A stretch of DNA of 64,000 nt from Eubacteriales bacterium (GCA_031553225.1 JAVBLU010000042.1:5578-69577), one strand, 5' to 3'. Positions 34,840 to 46,210 are shown, numbered from the stretch's first letter. Translations and numbers: made by a program. Notes: a model not told the origin generated them from the letters alone.

Positions 34840-36024
34840 ATGAGCGCGAAGCGCAACTATCAATTCACGTCCGAATCCGTAACGGAGGGGCACCCGGACA
34901 AGCTGTGCGACCAGGTGAGCGACGCCGTTTTGGACGCCCACCTGCGCGAGGACCCGTTTGCGCGCGTGGCATGCGAATGCTGCGCCACCACCGGCTTGCT
35001 GCTGGTGATGGGCGAGATCACCTCCAAGGCGCAGGTGGACGTGCAGGCGCTGGCGCGTTCGGTGGTGCGCCAGATCGGCTACACCAGGGCCAAGTTCGGC
35101 TTTGACGCGGACACCTCGGCCGTGGTCGTGTCCCTGTCCGGCCAGTCGCCCGACATCGCCATGGGCGTGGACAGCGCCCTGGAGAGCAAGCAGGGCGGCG
35201 CGCGCGAGCTGGGCGCGGGCGACCAGGGCATGATGTTCGACTTTGCCTGCGACGATACGCCCGAGCACATGCCCCTGCCCCTACAGCTCTCCCACCGCCT
35301 TACGCGCGAGCTGGCGGCGCTGCGCCGCGGCGGCGTTTTGCCCTGGCTGCGGCCGGACGGCAAGGCCCAGGTGACCGTGCGCTACGAGGACGGCCGCCCC
35401 GCATGCGTGGACGCTGTGGTCGTCTCGGCCCAGCACGATCCGGACATCCCCCAGCGCGAGCTGCGCGACGCCACCGAGGCGCAGGTGATCCGCAGGATCA
35501 TCCCCGCGGAGTTGATGCGCCCGGAGACGAAAATTTATGTAAACCCGACCGGGCAGTTCGTTATCGGCGGCCCGCAGGGCGACAGCGGCTTAACCGGCCG
35601 CAAGATCATCGTGGACACGTACGGCGGCTACGCCCGCCACGGCGGCGGGTGTTTCTCGGGCAAGGACCCCACCAAGGTGGACCGCTCCGCCGCGTACATG
35701 GCCCGCTACGCCGCGCGCAACGTGGTGGCTGCCGGGCTTGCGCGCCGGTGCGAGATCGAGCTTGCCTACGCCATAGGCGTGGCTCATCCCGTCTCCCTGC
35801 TTGTGGACACGGCCGGTACGGGCGTTTTGCCCGACGAGCAGCTCTCCGCCCTCATCGCCCTGGTGTTCGATTTCCGGCCGGCGGCCATCATCGAGGCGCT
35901 GAACCTGCGCCGCCCGATCTACCGCCAGACCGCCGCATACGGCCACTTCGGCCGCGACGATCTGCAGCTGCCATGGGAGGCGACCGACCGCGTATCGCTC
36001 CTTCGGGAGCGCGCGGGCCGGTAG
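34840..36024 (+). CDS. metK: S-adenosylmethionine synthetase
   Basis: [33 protein letters not shown]...[12 protein letters not shown]...[28 protein letters not shown]. The track ORF start was trimmed. Confidence 0.97.
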   Translation: MSAKRNYQFTSESVTEGHPDKLCDQVSDAVLDAHLREDPFARVACECCATTGLLLVMGEITSKAQVDVQALARSVVRQIGYTRAKFGFDADTSAVVVSLSGQSPDIAMGVDSALESKQGGARELGAGDQGMMFDFACDDTPEHMPLPLQLSHRLTRELAALRRGGVLPWLRPDGKAQVTVRYEDGRPACVDAVVVSAQHDPDIPQRELRDATEAQVIRRIIPAELMRPETKIYVNPTGQFVIGGPQGDSGLTGRKIIVDTYGGYARHGGGCFSGKDPTKVDRSAAYMARYAARNVVAAGLARRCEIELAYAIGVAHPVSLLVDTAGTGVLPDEQLSALIALVFDFRPAAIIEALNLRRPIYRQTAAYGHFGRDDLQLPWEATDRVSLLRERAGR

Positions 36025-36025
36025 G

Positions 36026-38248
36026 ATGGAGGAGCTGCAAGGCCTGATCGAACAGGTGGTTTACCGCAACGACGACACGGGCTACACCGTGCTGGAGGTG
36101 CGCGTGGGCCGCGAAAGCGTGCCCGTTGTGGGCGTGCTGCCCTTTTTACACGAAGGCGAGCAGGTGCTCTTTGAGGGCGAGTGGACCGAACACCCCGACT
36201 ACGGCCGCCAGTTGAAGGCCTCGCGCTTTGAAAGCGTGCTCCCCTCGGACCTTGCGGGCATCGAGCGTTTCCTGGGCTCCGGCCTCATCAAGGGCTGCGG
36301 CCCGGCCACGGCGCGGGCCATCGTGCGCGCGCTGGGCAAGGACACCCTGCAGGTGCTGGACACGCAGCCCCACCGCATCGCCTCCATCCCCGGCATCGGC
36401 CGCAAGCGCGCCGCGTCCATCTGCGAAAGCTACCAGCAACACCGCGGCATGCAGCGCACCATGGTGTTTTTGCAGAACTACGGCGTCACCCCCGCGCAGG
36501 CCACGCGCATCTATCAGGCCTTTGGCGAGCGCTCCGAGGAGATCGTGCGCGAGAACCCCTATCGGCTGTGCGCCGAGGTGCAGGGCATCGGGTTCCGCAC
36601 GGCCGACCGCATCGCCGCGGCCATGGGCGTCGCGCCGGACGCGCCCTTCCGCCTGTCCGCCGGGCTATTGTTCTGCCTGGAGGAGGCCGCGGCCGGCAAC
36701 GGCCACGTGTACCTGCCGCGCGAGGAGCTGATCGCGGCGGCGGGCGAGCTGCTGGAAGCGCCGCGGGAGGCGCTGCGGGAAGCGCTCACGGCGCTGGTCA
36801 TCGGCCAGCAGGTGGTGCTAAGGGAGATTGCCGGGGAGCAAGCCGCGTACCTGGAGCATTACTACCGCGCCGAGGGCGAGGTGGCGCGGCGGCTGCACGC
36901 TCTGACGCTTCTGCCCGCCAGGCCGATCGACGCGGCCGAGGAGGCGCTTTGCGACTACGAGAGCAGCAGCGGCATGCGCCTAGCACAGCAGCAGCAACAG
37001 GCTGTGCTGCTCGCCCTGAAGCGGGGCGCCGCGGTGATCACCGGCGGCCCGGGCACGGGCAAAACCACCATCATCAACTGCCTGCTGGAGATTCTGGACA
37101 AGGCGGGGTGCAAATCGCTTCTGTGCGCCCCCACCGGCCGCGCCGCCAAGCGCATGAGCGAGGCCACCGGCCACGAGGCAAAGACCATCCACCGCCTGCT
37201 GGAGTACGGCGGAGGCGAGGAGCGCGCCTTTGGGCGGGACGAGGAGCACCCGCTGGAGTGCGACGCGGTGATTGTGGACGAGATGTCCATGGTGGATCTG
37301 CTGCTGATGCGCGCGCTGCTGCGCGCGCTGCCGCAGGGTACGCGCCTGGTGCTGGTGGGCGACGCCGACCAGCTGCCCTCCGTTGGCGCAGGGAGCGTGC
37401 TGCGCAACGTGATCGATTCGCGCTGCGTGCCCACGGTGCGTCTCACCGAGATTTTCCGCCAGGCGGCCATGAGCATGATCGTGACGAACGCGCACCGCAT
37501 TCACCGCGGGGAAACGCCGGAGTACAACCGAAAGGGGAGCGACTTCTTTCTCGAGCGTCAGCCCCTGGCTTCCGCGGCCGTGGAAGCCGTTGTGGATCTG
37601 TGCGTCAAGCGCCTGCCCAACTTTCTGGGCGTCGGGCCGGGCGACATTCAGGTGATGACGCCCATGAAGAAGGGCGATCTGGGCACGGCCGCGCTGAACC
37701 TGCGCCTGCAGGCCGCGCTGAACCCGCCCCGGCCGGGCAAACCCGAGTGGACGCTGGGCGAGCGGGTGTTTCGCCTGCACGACCGGGTGATGCAGGTGCG
37801 CAACAACTACCAGGCCGAGTGGGTGATCGGCGAGGGCACGGCGCACGAGGAGCGCGGCCTTGGCGTGTTCAACGGCGACATCGGCCGCGTGACCGCCCTG
37901 GACAAGGAGGCCCGCACGCTGTGCGTCACCTACGACGACGAGCGGCAGGTGACCTACGACTCGGGCATGCTCGAGGAGCTGGAGATGGCCTATGCCATCA
38001 CCATTCACAAATCACAGGGGTCGGAATTCCCGTGCGTGGTCATCCCGGTTGTGGGCGGGCCGCCCATGCTGCTCACGCGCAACCTGCTGTACACGGCCGT
38101 TACGCGCGCGCGGCGGCTGTGCGTGCTGGTTGGCCGCGAGGACACCATCGGGGCGATGATCGCCCGCGACGGCGAGGACAAGCGCTACAGCGCCCTGGCC
38201 GAGCGCCTGCAGGCGCTGAGCGATTTTGCGCAGGAAGCGGCGCTGTAG
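36026..38248 (+). CDS. recD2: RecD2-type SF1B DNA helicase (RecD/YrrC family)
   Basis: N-terminal OB/HhH region (YRNDDTGYTVLEV...IPGIGRKRAASI). Walker A (ITGGPGTGKTT), VDEMSMVD, GDADQLPSVGAG, and C-terminal YAITIHKSQGSEF. Confidence 0.93.
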   Translation: MEELQGLIEQVVYRNDDTGYTVLEVRVGRESVPVVGVLPFLHEGEQVLFEGEWTEHPDYGRQLKASRFESVLPSDLAGIERFLGSGLIKGCGPATARAIVRALGKDTLQVLDTQPHRIASIPGIGRKRAASICESYQQHRGMQRTMVFLQNYGVTPAQATRIYQAFGERSEEIVRENPYRLCAEVQGIGFRTADRIAAAMGVAPDAPFRLSAGLLFCLEEAAAGNGHVYLPREELIAAAGELLEAPREALREALTALVIGQQVVLREIAGEQAAYLEHYYRAEGEVARRLHALTLLPARPIDAAEEALCDYESSSGMRLAQQQQQAVLLALKRGAAVITGGPGTGKTTIINCLLEILDKAGCKSLLCAPTGRAAKRMSEATGHEAKTIHRLLEYGGGEERAFGRDEEHPLECDAVIVDEMSMVDLLLMRALLRALPQGTRLVLVGDADQLPSVGAGSVLRNVIDSRCVPTVRLTEIFRQAAMSMIVTNAHRIHRGETPEYNRKGSDFFLERQPLASAAVEAVVDLCVKRLPNFLGVGPGDIQVMTPMKKGDLGTAALNLRLQAALNPPRPGKPEWTLGERVFRLHDRVMQVRNNYQAEWVIGEGTAHEERGLGVFNGDIGRVTALDKEARTLCVTYDDERQVTYDSGMLEELEMAYAITIHKSQGSEFPCVVIPVVGGPPMLLTRNLLYTAVTRARRLCVLVGREDTIGAMIARDGEDKRYSALAERLQALSDFAQEAAL

Positions 38249-38282
38249 GCCTGCAGCGCATGCAGCCCGCCGCCCGCTGCGT

Positions 38283-38309
38283 GGCCGCGCTTGAGCGCGG
38301 CCGTTTTTT
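38283..38309 (+). terminator. Rho-independent terminator after recD2
   Basis: GGCCGCGC-ttga-GCGCGGCC followed by gTTTTTTa. Confidence 0.8.
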
Positions 38310-38394
38310 ATACGGACAGGCGAACGTCGCGCCTTTCGTTTGGCCCATCGTTCGCTTACATGCGCGGGTTTCGCCGCACAAGGCGCGCACCGTC

Positions 38395-38424
38395 TTGCAA
38401 AGCCCGTCCGCTCCTTGCTATAAT
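38395..38424 (+). promoter_or_regulatory. Candidate sigma-A promoter for the nucleobase permease genes
   Basis: TTGCAA-18 nt-TATAAT. The first ATG of the track ORF region overlaps the -10, which favours the downstream TTG start. Confidence 0.45.
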
Positions 38425-38458
38425 GAAGCAGTACACAAAACGCGAGGAGGAATGGCAC

Positions 38459-39808
38459 TTGTCCCAGCCAAGCGACGCGCCCATCAGGGGCTACCTGCCG
38501 GACGAACGCCCCCCCATGCTCCAGCTCATCCTGTGTGCGCTCCAGCAAATCCTCGTCATGTTTCCCGCCACGGTGCTCGTCGCGCTCCTCACGGGCTTCC
38601 ACATCTCCACCACCATCTTCGCAAGCGGTCTGGCGACAATATGCTTCCTGCTCATCACAAAGCGGCAGATTCCCCTGTACTTCGGCTCGTCCTTCTCCTA
38701 CATTCCGGCCATTGTGGCCATCACGGCCGTGGGCTTCGGGCAAATCGCTCCGGACGATAAAATCCGCATGGCGCAGTTTGGCATCGTGCTCTCCGGCCTT
38801 GTGTCCATCGCGGCCGGCCTGCTCATCAACGCCTTTGGCAAAAAGAGCATCGACAAAATCCTTCCCCCAACCATCACCGGCCCCATCGCCCTCACCATCG
38901 GGCTTTCGCTGGCCGTTGCGGCGCTGAACAACGCCGCCGGCGGCGACGCGGCCACAGCCTCGGGCGCGGCCGCCAACGTCAGCTGGATCATCGCCATCGT
39001 AACGCTGCTGGCTACCGTGCTCTTCTCGGTATTCCTGAAGGGCCGCGCTTCCCAGCTTCCCATCTTCTTTGGCATTCTCTTCGGGTACGCCATCGCGACG
39101 CTCGTGTCCCTCACGACGGACATCAAGGTGATCGACTTTGCGTCGGTCGCCGCAGCCAACATCGTCACGGCCCCGCACTTCACCCTTCCCCTGCCTTCCT
39201 GGCAGGCGGCCGCAGCCATCTTGCCCATCGCCATCGCCACCATCCCCGAGTCTACGGCGCACCTGTTCCAGCTGGATATCTACGTTAACGACCTGGCCAA
39301 AAAGAAGAAATCCGGCAAGGCGTACAACATCGCCGACAAGCTGGGTCTCAACCTGGTCGGCGACGGCCTGGGCGATATGATCTCCGGCTTCATCGGCGGC
39401 CCGGCCGGCACGAACTACGGCGAGAACCTCTCCACCATGGCAATCACGCGGAATTTCTCCGCGCCCGTGCTCATCGCCGCGGCCGTCATCACCATGGTCA
39501 TCTCCTTCTCGGGCACGCTCTCCGCCGCGGTCGCCTCCATTCCCGCCTGCGTCATCGGCGGCATCTCCATCTACCTGTTCGGCGTGATCGGCGCGCAGGG
39601 CGTGGCCATCATGATTGAAAAAAAGGTGGACATGTTCGACGCGCGCAACCTGGCCGTCATCGCCACGGTGCTGGTCATCGGCGTGGGCGGCAGCTTCGTC
39701 AACGGCGGCATGATTCCCATCTTCGGCGTGCAGTTCCCCGCCATCGCCACCGCCGCCGTCACGGGCATCCTGCTCAACCTTCTTCTGTCCATCGGCAAAA
39801 AGAGCTGA
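38459..39808 (+). CDS. NCS2-family uracil/xanthine-type permease
   Basis: LQQILVMFPATVLVALLTG...LYFGSSFSYIPAI matches the UraA/PyrP pattern. The start is likely the TTG at 38459, 8 nt after GAGGAGG; an alternative ATG lies at 38423. Confidence 0.85.
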   Translation: MSQPSDAPIRGYLPDERPPMLQLILCALQQILVMFPATVLVALLTGFHISTTIFASGLATICFLLITKRQIPLYFGSSFSYIPAIVAITAVGFGQIAPDDKIRMAQFGIVLSGLVSIAAGLLINAFGKKSIDKILPPTITGPIALTIGLSLAVAALNNAAGGDAATASGAAANVSWIIAIVTLLATVLFSVFLKGRASQLPIFFGILFGYAIATLVSLTTDIKVIDFASVAAANIVTAPHFTLPLPSWQAAAAILPIAIATIPESTAHLFQLDIYVNDLAKKKKSGKAYNIADKLGLNLVGDGLGDMISGFIGGPAGTNYGENLSTMAITRNFSAPVLIAAAVITMVISFSGTLSAAVASIPACVIGGISIYLFGVIGAQGVAIMIEKKVDMFDARNLAVIATVLVIGVGGSFVNGGMIPIFGVQFPAIATAAVTGILLNLLLSIGKKS

Positions 39809-39881
39809 CCCGCGCATCCCTTCCTGCTTAGGCTTGTCTTGCGCGGCCCATACAAAAACAGTATTTAGGGGAGAGACGCAA

Positions 39882-41285
39882 ATGGACAAATTCTTTCAGC
39901 TGAAACGGGCGGGCACGAACGTGCGCATCGAGCTGATCGCCGGGCTCACCACCTTCTTTACGATGGTGTACATCATCTTCGTCAACCCCGGCATCTTGGC
40001 CGAGGCTGGCATGGACAAGGGCGGCGTGTTCGTGGCCACCATCCTGGCCGCCGCCATCGGCACGCTCATCATGGGCCTTGTGGCCAATGTCCCCTACGCC
40101 ACCGCCCCGGGCATGGGCCTGAACGCTTTCTTCACTTATACGGTGTGCTTCGGCCTTGGCTTCACCTGGCAGGAAGCGCTGGCCATGGTGTTCATCTGCG
40201 GCATCATCAACGTGATCATCACGGTTACCAAGGTGCGCAAGCAAATCATCAAGGCCATCCCCAGAAGCCTGCAGCTGGCCATCGGCGGGGCCATCGGGCT
40301 GTTTATCGCCTACATAGGCCTCAAGAACGCCGGCTTTTTGTACTTCATTCTGCCCCAGGGCGCGGCGGGCGTGGCGGAAGGCTCGCTGGTCACCCCGTCC
40401 CTGTCGGCCTTCAATAACCCGGCCATCGTTTTGTCCCTCATCGGGCTGCTCATCACGGCCGTGCTCGTCATCCGCAAGGTAAAGGGCGCCATCTTCATCG
40501 GCATCGCGGCCTGCACCCTCATCGGCATCCCCCTGGGCGTTACGCCCCTGCCCACCGGCGGGCTGTTCGACATGAGCGCCCTTTCGGGCATCAAGAACGT
40601 ATCCTTCGCCTTCTTTGGAAACCCCGGCTTTGGCTCCATGTTCTCCAAACCCGAGATGATCCCGCTCGTGCTCGTCACCATCTTCGCCTTCAGCCTGTCG
40701 GACACGTTCGACACGATCGGCACTTTCATCGGCACGGGCCGCAAGAGCGGCATCTTCGACGAGGACGACGAGAAGGCGCTGGAAACCGGCACCGGCTTTA
40801 AGTCGCGCATGGACAAGGCCCTGTTCGCCGACGCCACCGCCACCTCCATCGGCGCTCTGCTGGGCACGTCCAACACCACCACCTACATCGAGTCGGCGGC
40901 GGGCATCAGCTCCGGCGGCCGCACGGGCCTCACCAGCGTGTTTGTGGCCATCCTGTTCCTTTTGTGCCTGCCCTTTGCCTCCCTCTTCGGCATGGTGCCG
41001 GCGCAGGCCACCGCGCCCGCCCTCATCATCGTGGGCGTCATGATGGCCGAGTCCTTCGCGGGCATCAAATGGGGCGAGCTGGAGGAAGCCCTGCCCTGCT
41101 TCCTGATCGTGGCGGTTATGGCCTTCTGCTACAACATCTCCTACGGCATCGCGGCCGGCTTCATCTTCTACTGCCTGGTGAAGCTGTGCACCGGCAAGGG
41201 CCGCGAAGTGCATCCCATCCTGTACGGGGCCGCCGCGCTTTTCATCATCAACTTTGTCCTTCTGGCCGTCAACAAGATGGCGTAG
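39882..41285 (+). CDS. NCS2/AzgA-family purine (adenine/guanine/hypoxanthine) permease
   Basis: MDKFFQLKRAGTNVRIELIAGLTTFFTMVYIIFVNPGILAEAGMD...APGMGLNAFF is a typical PbuG/AzgA N-terminus. Confidence 0.9.
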   Translation: MDKFFQLKRAGTNVRIELIAGLTTFFTMVYIIFVNPGILAEAGMDKGGVFVATILAAAIGTLIMGLVANVPYATAPGMGLNAFFTYTVCFGLGFTWQEALAMVFICGIINVIITVTKVRKQIIKAIPRSLQLAIGGAIGLFIAYIGLKNAGFLYFILPQGAAGVAEGSLVTPSLSAFNNPAIVLSLIGLLITAVLVIRKVKGAIFIGIAACTLIGIPLGVTPLPTGGLFDMSALSGIKNVSFAFFGNPGFGSMFSKPEMIPLVLVTIFAFSLSDTFDTIGTFIGTGRKSGIFDEDDEKALETGTGFKSRMDKALFADATATSIGALLGTSNTTTYIESAAGISSGGRTGLTSVFVAILFLLCLPFASLFGMVPAQATAPALIIVGVMMAESFAGIKWGELEEALPCFLIVAVMAFCYNISYGIAAGFIFYCLVKLCTGKGREVHPILYGAAALFIINFVLLAVNKMA

Positions 41286-41320
41286 CGGAAGGCGCGCAAG
41301 GCTCTTCACCGGCGTTCCTC

Positions 41321-41354
41321 GGCCCGGCGGCATGCGATGCCGCCGGGCCTTTTG
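41321..41354 (+). terminator. Rho-independent terminator after the purine permease
   Basis: GGCCCGGCGGCAT-gcg-ATGCCGCCGGGCC followed by TTTTG. Confidence 0.8.
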
Positions 41355-41480
41355 CGGCATAAAACCAAAACGGAGCCCTCTGGCGCTATTTCCCAGGCTG
41401 AACATTGCCGCGGCATATGGTATAATTGCATGATGTGGCCGTAGCGCAAAATAGTTGGTTGTGGGTAAGGTGATCGATTC

Positions 41481-43898
41481 ATGCGGCAGCTGCTGTGCAT
41501 CCTGCTCATCGTGTCCGGCGCGTGCGTCATGTGCGCCGGCATTATGCTGTACTTTCGCACGCTGGTGCGCCTGCGCGAGCAAACGAACGCGCAGCGCGTC
41601 ATGAGCAACTGGGTGTACATGGCCTGCCTGATCATGATGCTGTTCTTTCTGGTGGGGTACGTGGTGGTGGCCGTGGTGTACGCAGGCGACGTGGACATCA
41701 CGGCGCAGGACATGCTCATCGCTCTCATCTTCTTCTTTGGCGCCATATTCGTGCTCACCATGGTCAGCGTGGAGCGGCGCATGCTCGCCCCCATTCTGGA
41801 TAAAGCCGTTTTGCAAAAGCAGCTGCGCCAGCAGGAGCTGATGGCTTCCATTTCCCAAAGCTTTATTTCCACCACCGACACGCGCATGCTTGTGGAGCAA
41901 GCGCTGGAGCGCATGGGCGTGTTTATGAACGTCAGCAAGGTCATTTTGGCGCAGGCGGACGAGCAGCGGGAAAACGTAACGCGCAAGTACGGCTGGTTCA
42001 ACGGCGGCCAGGGCATTATGGGGTTTGCCAAGGAGAAGGGCGTGCCCCTCAGCGAGGGCTCCATCCTGCACAAGACATTCATTGAAGGCCGCCAGCCCTA
42101 CGTGGTGTGCAACGACGCCCTGCAGCGCCCGGAGTTTGAGTACCTGATCCGCTTCGGCGTAAAAGCCTACATTATCGTGCCCATCTATGTGTCCGATCGC
42201 TTTTGGGGCATGATCACCGTGGATGACTGCGTGGGCCGCCGCGCCTGGGAGCCCAGCGACATCCATCTGGTGCGTCTCATCGGCAGCGTCATCTCCGAGC
42301 TGTTCGCGCGAAGCGAGAAGGAGCGCGAGCTTTTCGCCGCCAAGGAGCAGGCCGAGCGCGCCAACCGCGCCAAGAGCGACTTTTTGTCGCGTATGAGCCA
42401 CGAGATGCGCACGCCCCTCAACGCCATCATCGGCATGACGAGCATCGGCCGGATCGCCTCCGACGTGGACCGCAAGGACTACTGCTTCGATAAGGTGGAT
42501 TCTGCCTCCGTGCACCTGCTGGGCGTCATCAACGACGTGCTGGACATGTCCAAGATCGAGGCCGGCCGCTTTGAGCTCTCGCCCACGGATTTTTGCCTGG
42601 AGAAGATGCTCATGAAGGTGACGAACGTGGTTCGCTACCGTATGGAGGAGAAGAAGCAGCACTTCGATGTACGCATCGAGCCGGGCACGCCCGCGGCCAT
42701 CGTGATGGACGAGCAGCGCCTGGCTCAGGTGGTGACAAACCTTTTAAGCAACGCCGTGAAGTTTACGCCCGAGGGCGGCAGCATCGCCCTGTCGGTGCGG
42801 TGCGCGGACGTTCAGGGCGGCGTGTACACCCTACAGTTCCAGGTGCAGGACAACGGCATCGGCATCTCGCCCGAGCAGCAGGAGCGGCTCTTCCGCTCCT
42901 TTGAGCAGGCGGACGGCAGCATATCGCGCAAATTTGGCGGTACGGGCCTTGGCCTTGCCATCTCCAAGCGCATCGTGGAGATGGCCGGCGGCAGCATTTG
43001 GGTTACCTCGCAGGAAGGGCAGGGCGCGTGCTTCCACTTCACCGTCAAGGCGGAACTTGGCCAGACGCAGCCCTTCAGCCAGTTTCGGGCGAGCATCAAC
43101 TGGGAGCGGCTGCGGGTGCTGGCCGTGGACGACGCGCAGGACGTGCGCGAGCATTTCCAGGCGCTGGCCGCCTCGCTTGGGCTGCCCTATGTGGTGGCGG
43201 GAAGCGCCGAGGAGGCCTTCAGCTTGCTCGGCGAGGGCTCCTTCGACGTGGTGTTTGTGGACTTTATGATGCCCGGCATGGACGGCATCGAGCTCACCCG
43301 GCGCATCAAGGCGCGGCCGGAGAAAGCCCCGGCCGTCATCATGATCTCCGCGGCCGAGTGGTCGCAGATCGAGAAGGACGCAACCGCCGCGGGCGTGGAC
43401 GGTTTCATCCAAAAACCGCTGTTCGCTTCGGCCATCGCCGACTGCATCAACGAGCAGCTGGGCCTGGCCGGCACCCTTGCGCAGGAGGCCCCCGCCAAGC
43501 AGAGCGAGGACGGCATCTTCGCGGGCCACCGCGTGCTGCTCGCGGAGGACGTGGAGATCAACCGCGAGATCGTCCTGGCGCTGCTTGCGCACACCGGCCT
43601 GCAGATTGCCTGCGCCGAGGACGGCCGTGCCGCCTACGCCATGTTCTGCGCCGATCCGGACGCCTATGAGCTGATCTTTATGGATGTGCATATGCCCGAG
43701 GTGGACGGCTACGAAGCCACGCGCATGATTCGCGCCCTGTCCGACCCCCGCGCGCAGAGCGTGCCCATCATCGCCATGACGGCCAACGTGTTCCGCGAGG
43801 ACGTGGAGCGCTGCCTTGCCGCCGGTATGAACGGGCACATCGGCAAACCCCTGGACGTGGAGGACGTGATCGCCCAGCTGCGGCATTACCTGCTGTAG
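41481..43898 (+). CDS. Hybrid sensor histidine kinase (TM, GAF-like, HisKA, HATPase, two receiver domains)
   Basis: [20 protein letters not shown] (H-box), [34 protein letters not shown]1 is [10 protein letters not shown]...[14 protein letters not shown]2 is [13 protein letters not shown]...[11 protein letters not shown]...GKP. Confidence 0.92.
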   Translation: MRQLLCILLIVSGACVMCAGIMLYFRTLVRLREQTNAQRVMSNWVYMACLIMMLFFLVGYVVVAVVYAGDVDITAQDMLIALIFFFGAIFVLTMVSVERRMLAPILDKAVLQKQLRQQELMASISQSFISTTDTRMLVEQALERMGVFMNVSKVILAQADEQRENVTRKYGWFNGGQGIMGFAKEKGVPLSEGSILHKTFIEGRQPYVVCNDALQRPEFEYLIRFGVKAYIIVPIYVSDRFWGMITVDDCVGRRAWEPSDIHLVRLIGSVISELFARSEKERELFAAKEQAERANRAKSDFLSRMSHEMRTPLNAIIGMTSIGRIASDVDRKDYCFDKVDSASVHLLGVINDVLDMSKIEAGRFELSPTDFCLEKMLMKVTNVVRYRMEEKKQHFDVRIEPGTPAAIVMDEQRLAQVVTNLLSNAVKFTPEGGSIALSVRCADVQGGVYTLQFQVQDNGIGISPEQQERLFRSFEQADGSISRKFGGTGLGLAISKRIVEMAGGSIWVTSQEGQGACFHFTVKAELGQTQPFSQFRASINWERLRVLAVDDAQDVREHFQALAASLGLPYVVAGSAEEAFSLLGEGSFDVVFVDFMMPGMDGIELTRRIKARPEKAPAVIMISAAEWSQIEKDATAAGVDGFIQKPLFASAIADCINEQLGLAGTLAQEAPAKQSEDGIFAGHRVLLAEDVEINREIVLALLAHTGLQIACAEDGRAAYAMFCADPDAYELIFMDVHMPEVDGYEATRMIRALSDPRAQSVPIIAMTANVFREDVERCLAAGMNGHIGKPLDVEDVIAQLRHYLL

Positions 43899-43940
43899 CC
43901 GCGCCAAACAAGCGCCGCAGGCTTTCCGGCCGCATGGCTG

Positions 43941-44060
43941 CCGCCGGCCGGGCTCCGTCCGGCCGGCGGCCTGCGCGCGCAAGGGCGGAAAGGCGCATGG
44001 CCGAGGCCACGCGCAACTGGCACGCTCCCCGGCGGCCTGCGCGCGCGCAAGGGCGGAAAG
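43941..44060. repeat. GC-rich intergenic hairpin plus direct repeats
   Basis: Perfect 11-bp hairpin CCGCCGGCCGG-gctccgt-CCGGCCGGCGG (43941-43969). CCGGCGGCCTGCGCGCGC(GC)AAGGGCGGAAAG occurs at 43963-43992 and 44029-44060, and the CCGGCCGGCGGCCTG core occurs again at 44134-44148. Confidence 0.8.
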
Positions 44061-44112
44061 CGCGCAAGAGCGGCATCAAGCGCCTCTCCTGCGCGTTGCG
44101 CCCGGAAAATAG

Positions 44113-44146
44113 GGGCCGCCGGCGGGGTTTTCCCGGCCGGCGGCCT
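44113..44146. terminator. Hairpin terminator between the convergent histidine kinase and MCP genes
   Basis: GGCCGCCGGCGGGG-tttt-CCCGGCCGGCGGCC (13 bp, one mismatch). On the minus strand it is followed by UAUUUUCC. Confidence 0.55.
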
Positions 44147-44206
44147 GTCTTATGTTGGCCGAACATATAAAGGCGCGCTATGTAAACGGGCGTCCCGTAT
44201 GCCGGG

Positions 44207-45976
44207 CTAGTAGCGGTTGCCGGGCAGCAGCTGGCGCTTGCCGCCCGCAGCGGCAGGGGCTAGGTGTTCTTGGCCCTGCGCTTCGCGCAGGCGGAAGCGG
44301 CCGATGAGCTCCTGCAGGGCCGAGGCCTGCGCGGACATCACCTGCGCGGCGGCGGCCGATTCCTCCGCCGTGGCGGAGTTGCTCTGCACGACCGTGGAGA
44401 TCTGCCCGATGCCCATGTTCAGATCGTTGATGACGGAGGTCTGCTCGCCGCACGCTTCGGAGATCTGCTGGATGAGCACGAGGTTGTCGCGCGCGCTGCC
44501 GCCCACCAGCTCCAGGCTCCGGTTCGTGTTCTGCACGATGTCGTTGCCGTGGCTGACGTGCACGGTGCTCTGGTCGATGAGCTGCGCGGTCTCCTTGGCG
44601 GCCGCGGAGGACTTGGAGGCCAGGTTGCGCACCTCCTCGGCCACCACCGCGAACCCGCGGCCGTGCTGCCCGGCGCGCGCCGCCTCCACCGAGGCGTTCA
44701 GCGCCAGAATGTTCGTTTGGAAAGCGATCTCGTCGATCACCTTGATCACCTTGATGATGTTCTGCGAGCTCTCGGAGATGCTGCGCATGGCCGCCAGCAT
44801 GGCGTTCATGGACGCCATGCTTCCGCCCATCAGCTCGCCTGCGTGGTTGGTCACCTTCAGCGACTGGCGCGCTTTTTCGGCGTTGCCCTCCACCTTGGCG
44901 GACACCTGCTGAAGCGAGGCAGAGAACTGCTGCACGGACGCGGCCTGCTGCGTGGTGCCCGAGGCAAGCGTCTGGGCCGCCTGCGCCACCTGTGCGGACC
45001 CGGCCGTCACCTGCGCGGCGGCGCTGCTGATCTCCGCGAACATGGCGTTCAGCTGATCGCTCATCTGCTGAAGGGCCGAGCCGAGCACGTCCTGCTCGGA
45101 CTGCATCGCTACTTCCGCGCTCAAGTCGCCCTGCGCAATCCGTTCAAGCACGGCCGCCTTTTCCTGCAGCACGTCGACCATCAGTTGAAACGCCCGCGCG
45201 GTGCGGCCAAACTCGTCGCGCCTGTGAGCGCTTTCCTTCATGCCTGCCTGCAACTTGGCGTCAAGCCGCAGGTTTCCGGTTTGCCCCACCTGCTCCGCAA
45301 CGGCGGTAAGCGCGCCGATGGGCCGCGTCATGGTGCGGTTGAGCGACACGCCGATGAAGGTGACGAACAGGAAGCTCACGCCGAAGACGACGAGCAGGAG
45401 CGTGGTCATCGAGCTCGCCACATTCCCGATCTCGGCGTCGCGCGCGGCGGCCGCCGCGGCGTTTTCCGCCTTGCAGACGCGGAATTGGTCGATCATATCG
45501 CCGATGCGGCCGTCGATGGCCTCCATGGCCGTGTTCGCGCCCTCCACATCGCCCGCCTTAATGAGGGCGAACACCTGGGGCGCGGCGGGCAGGAATACGT
45601 CGGTAAAAGCCGCCAGGCCCTTGTCGTACGCCGCGCGCGCCTTGCCGGACATGCTCGACTGGCCGAACGTGGCCAAAAGAGCCTGCGTTTCGCGGTTCAG
45701 CCGCTCCACATCCGCCCGGTAACCCTCCACGGTCTGCGGCTCATCCGCGGCCAAAATGGCCATGTCGAACGAGCTGGAGGCGATGAGCAGGTTCTCCACC
45801 GCCTGGCCGACGGTGTTGAGGGGCAGCATCTGCTCCTCGTAGAGGTCGGCCGCGCTTTGGTTGGCCTGCGCAAGCCCGAAAACGCCCGCCCCGCCCATCA
45901 CAAGGGTGGACAGCAGCACGCAGCAGATAACGAGAATGATCTTGGAATTGATGGATATATGATCGAACCAGCGCAT
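44207..45976 (-). CDS. Methyl-accepting chemotaxis protein (second copy; TM, 4-helix-bundle-like sensor, HAMP, signalling domain)
   Basis: [37 protein letters not shown]. The start was trimmed to [12 protein letters not shown] (ATG at 45976), with a GGAGGT SD. Confidence 0.93.
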   Translation of the reverse strand: MRWFDHISINSKIILVICCVLLSTLVMGGAGVFGLAQANQSAADLYEEQMLPLNTVGQAVENLLIASSSFDMAILAADEPQTVEGYRADVERLNRETQALLATFGQSSMSGKARAAYDKGLAAFTDVFLPAAPQVFALIKAGDVEGANTAMEAIDGRIGDMIDQFRVCKAENAAAAAARDAEIGNVASSMTTLLLVVFGVSFLFVTFIGVSLNRTMTRPIGALTAVAEQVGQTGNLRLDAKLQAGMKESAHRRDEFGRTARAFQLMVDVLQEKAAVLERIAQGDLSAEVAMQSEQDVLGSALQQMSDQLNAMFAEISSAAAQVTAGSAQVAQAAQTLASGTTQQAASVQQFSASLQQVSAKVEGNAEKARQSLKVTNHAGELMGGSMASMNAMLAAMRSISESSQNIIKVIKVIDEIAFQTNILALNASVEAARAGQHGRGFAVVAEEVRNLASKSSAAAKETAQLIDQSTVHVSHGNDIVQNTNRSLELVGGSARDNLVLIQQISEACGEQTSVINDLNMGIGQISTVVQSNSATAEESAAAAQVMSAQASALQELIGRFRLREAQGQEHLAPAAAGGKRQLLPGNRY

Positions 45977-46041
45977 GAGGTTACCTCCGCTTTCTGCAGC
46001 TCGCGAACGGCTTGGGCGAACGTCCGGGTTGTCCACCTGTA

Positions 46042-46068
46042 TTATCGAAAAAGCAAGCGTCTTTCTAA
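46042..46068 (-). promoter_or_regulatory. Weak sigma-D-like promoter candidate upstream of the second MCP
   Basis: The reverse strand reads tTAGAaagacgcttgcttttTCGATAAt. The -10 core CGATAA is good, but the -35 is TAGA rather than TAAA. Confidence 0.3.
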
Positions 46069-46210
46069 AGTGCGGACGGCAACAAATCGCACAGGCGGCC
46101 GCTTTGCGTGCGCAGCGCAGGCCGCCCGGCGGCGCGTTGCTGCCGCGGGCGGCCTGCGGATGCTTTTATGCGAATGAGGAGGACACAGGAAAAGTCCGGC
46201 AGAAGGCCCG

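Noticed and set aside
38291-38458. Upstream extension of the uracil-permease ORF (track start at 38291, internal ATG at 38423)
   Set aside because: The extension covers the recD2 terminator and the predicted promoter, and the ATG at 38423 overlaps the -10 hexamer. A TTG with a strong GAGGAGG SD at 38459 fits better.
39828-42662. 944-aa minus-strand ORF, the longest in the track
   Set aside because: It runs antisense across the purine permease and the hybrid kinase, both of which have strong family motifs. The translation is low-complexity (H/G/D/A/R-rich) and has no SD.
43941-44148. Considered whether the repeated GC-rich units form a CRISPR array
   Set aside because: There are only two full copies plus a partial one, the spacing is irregular, the units overlap hairpin/terminator sequences, and there are no cas genes.
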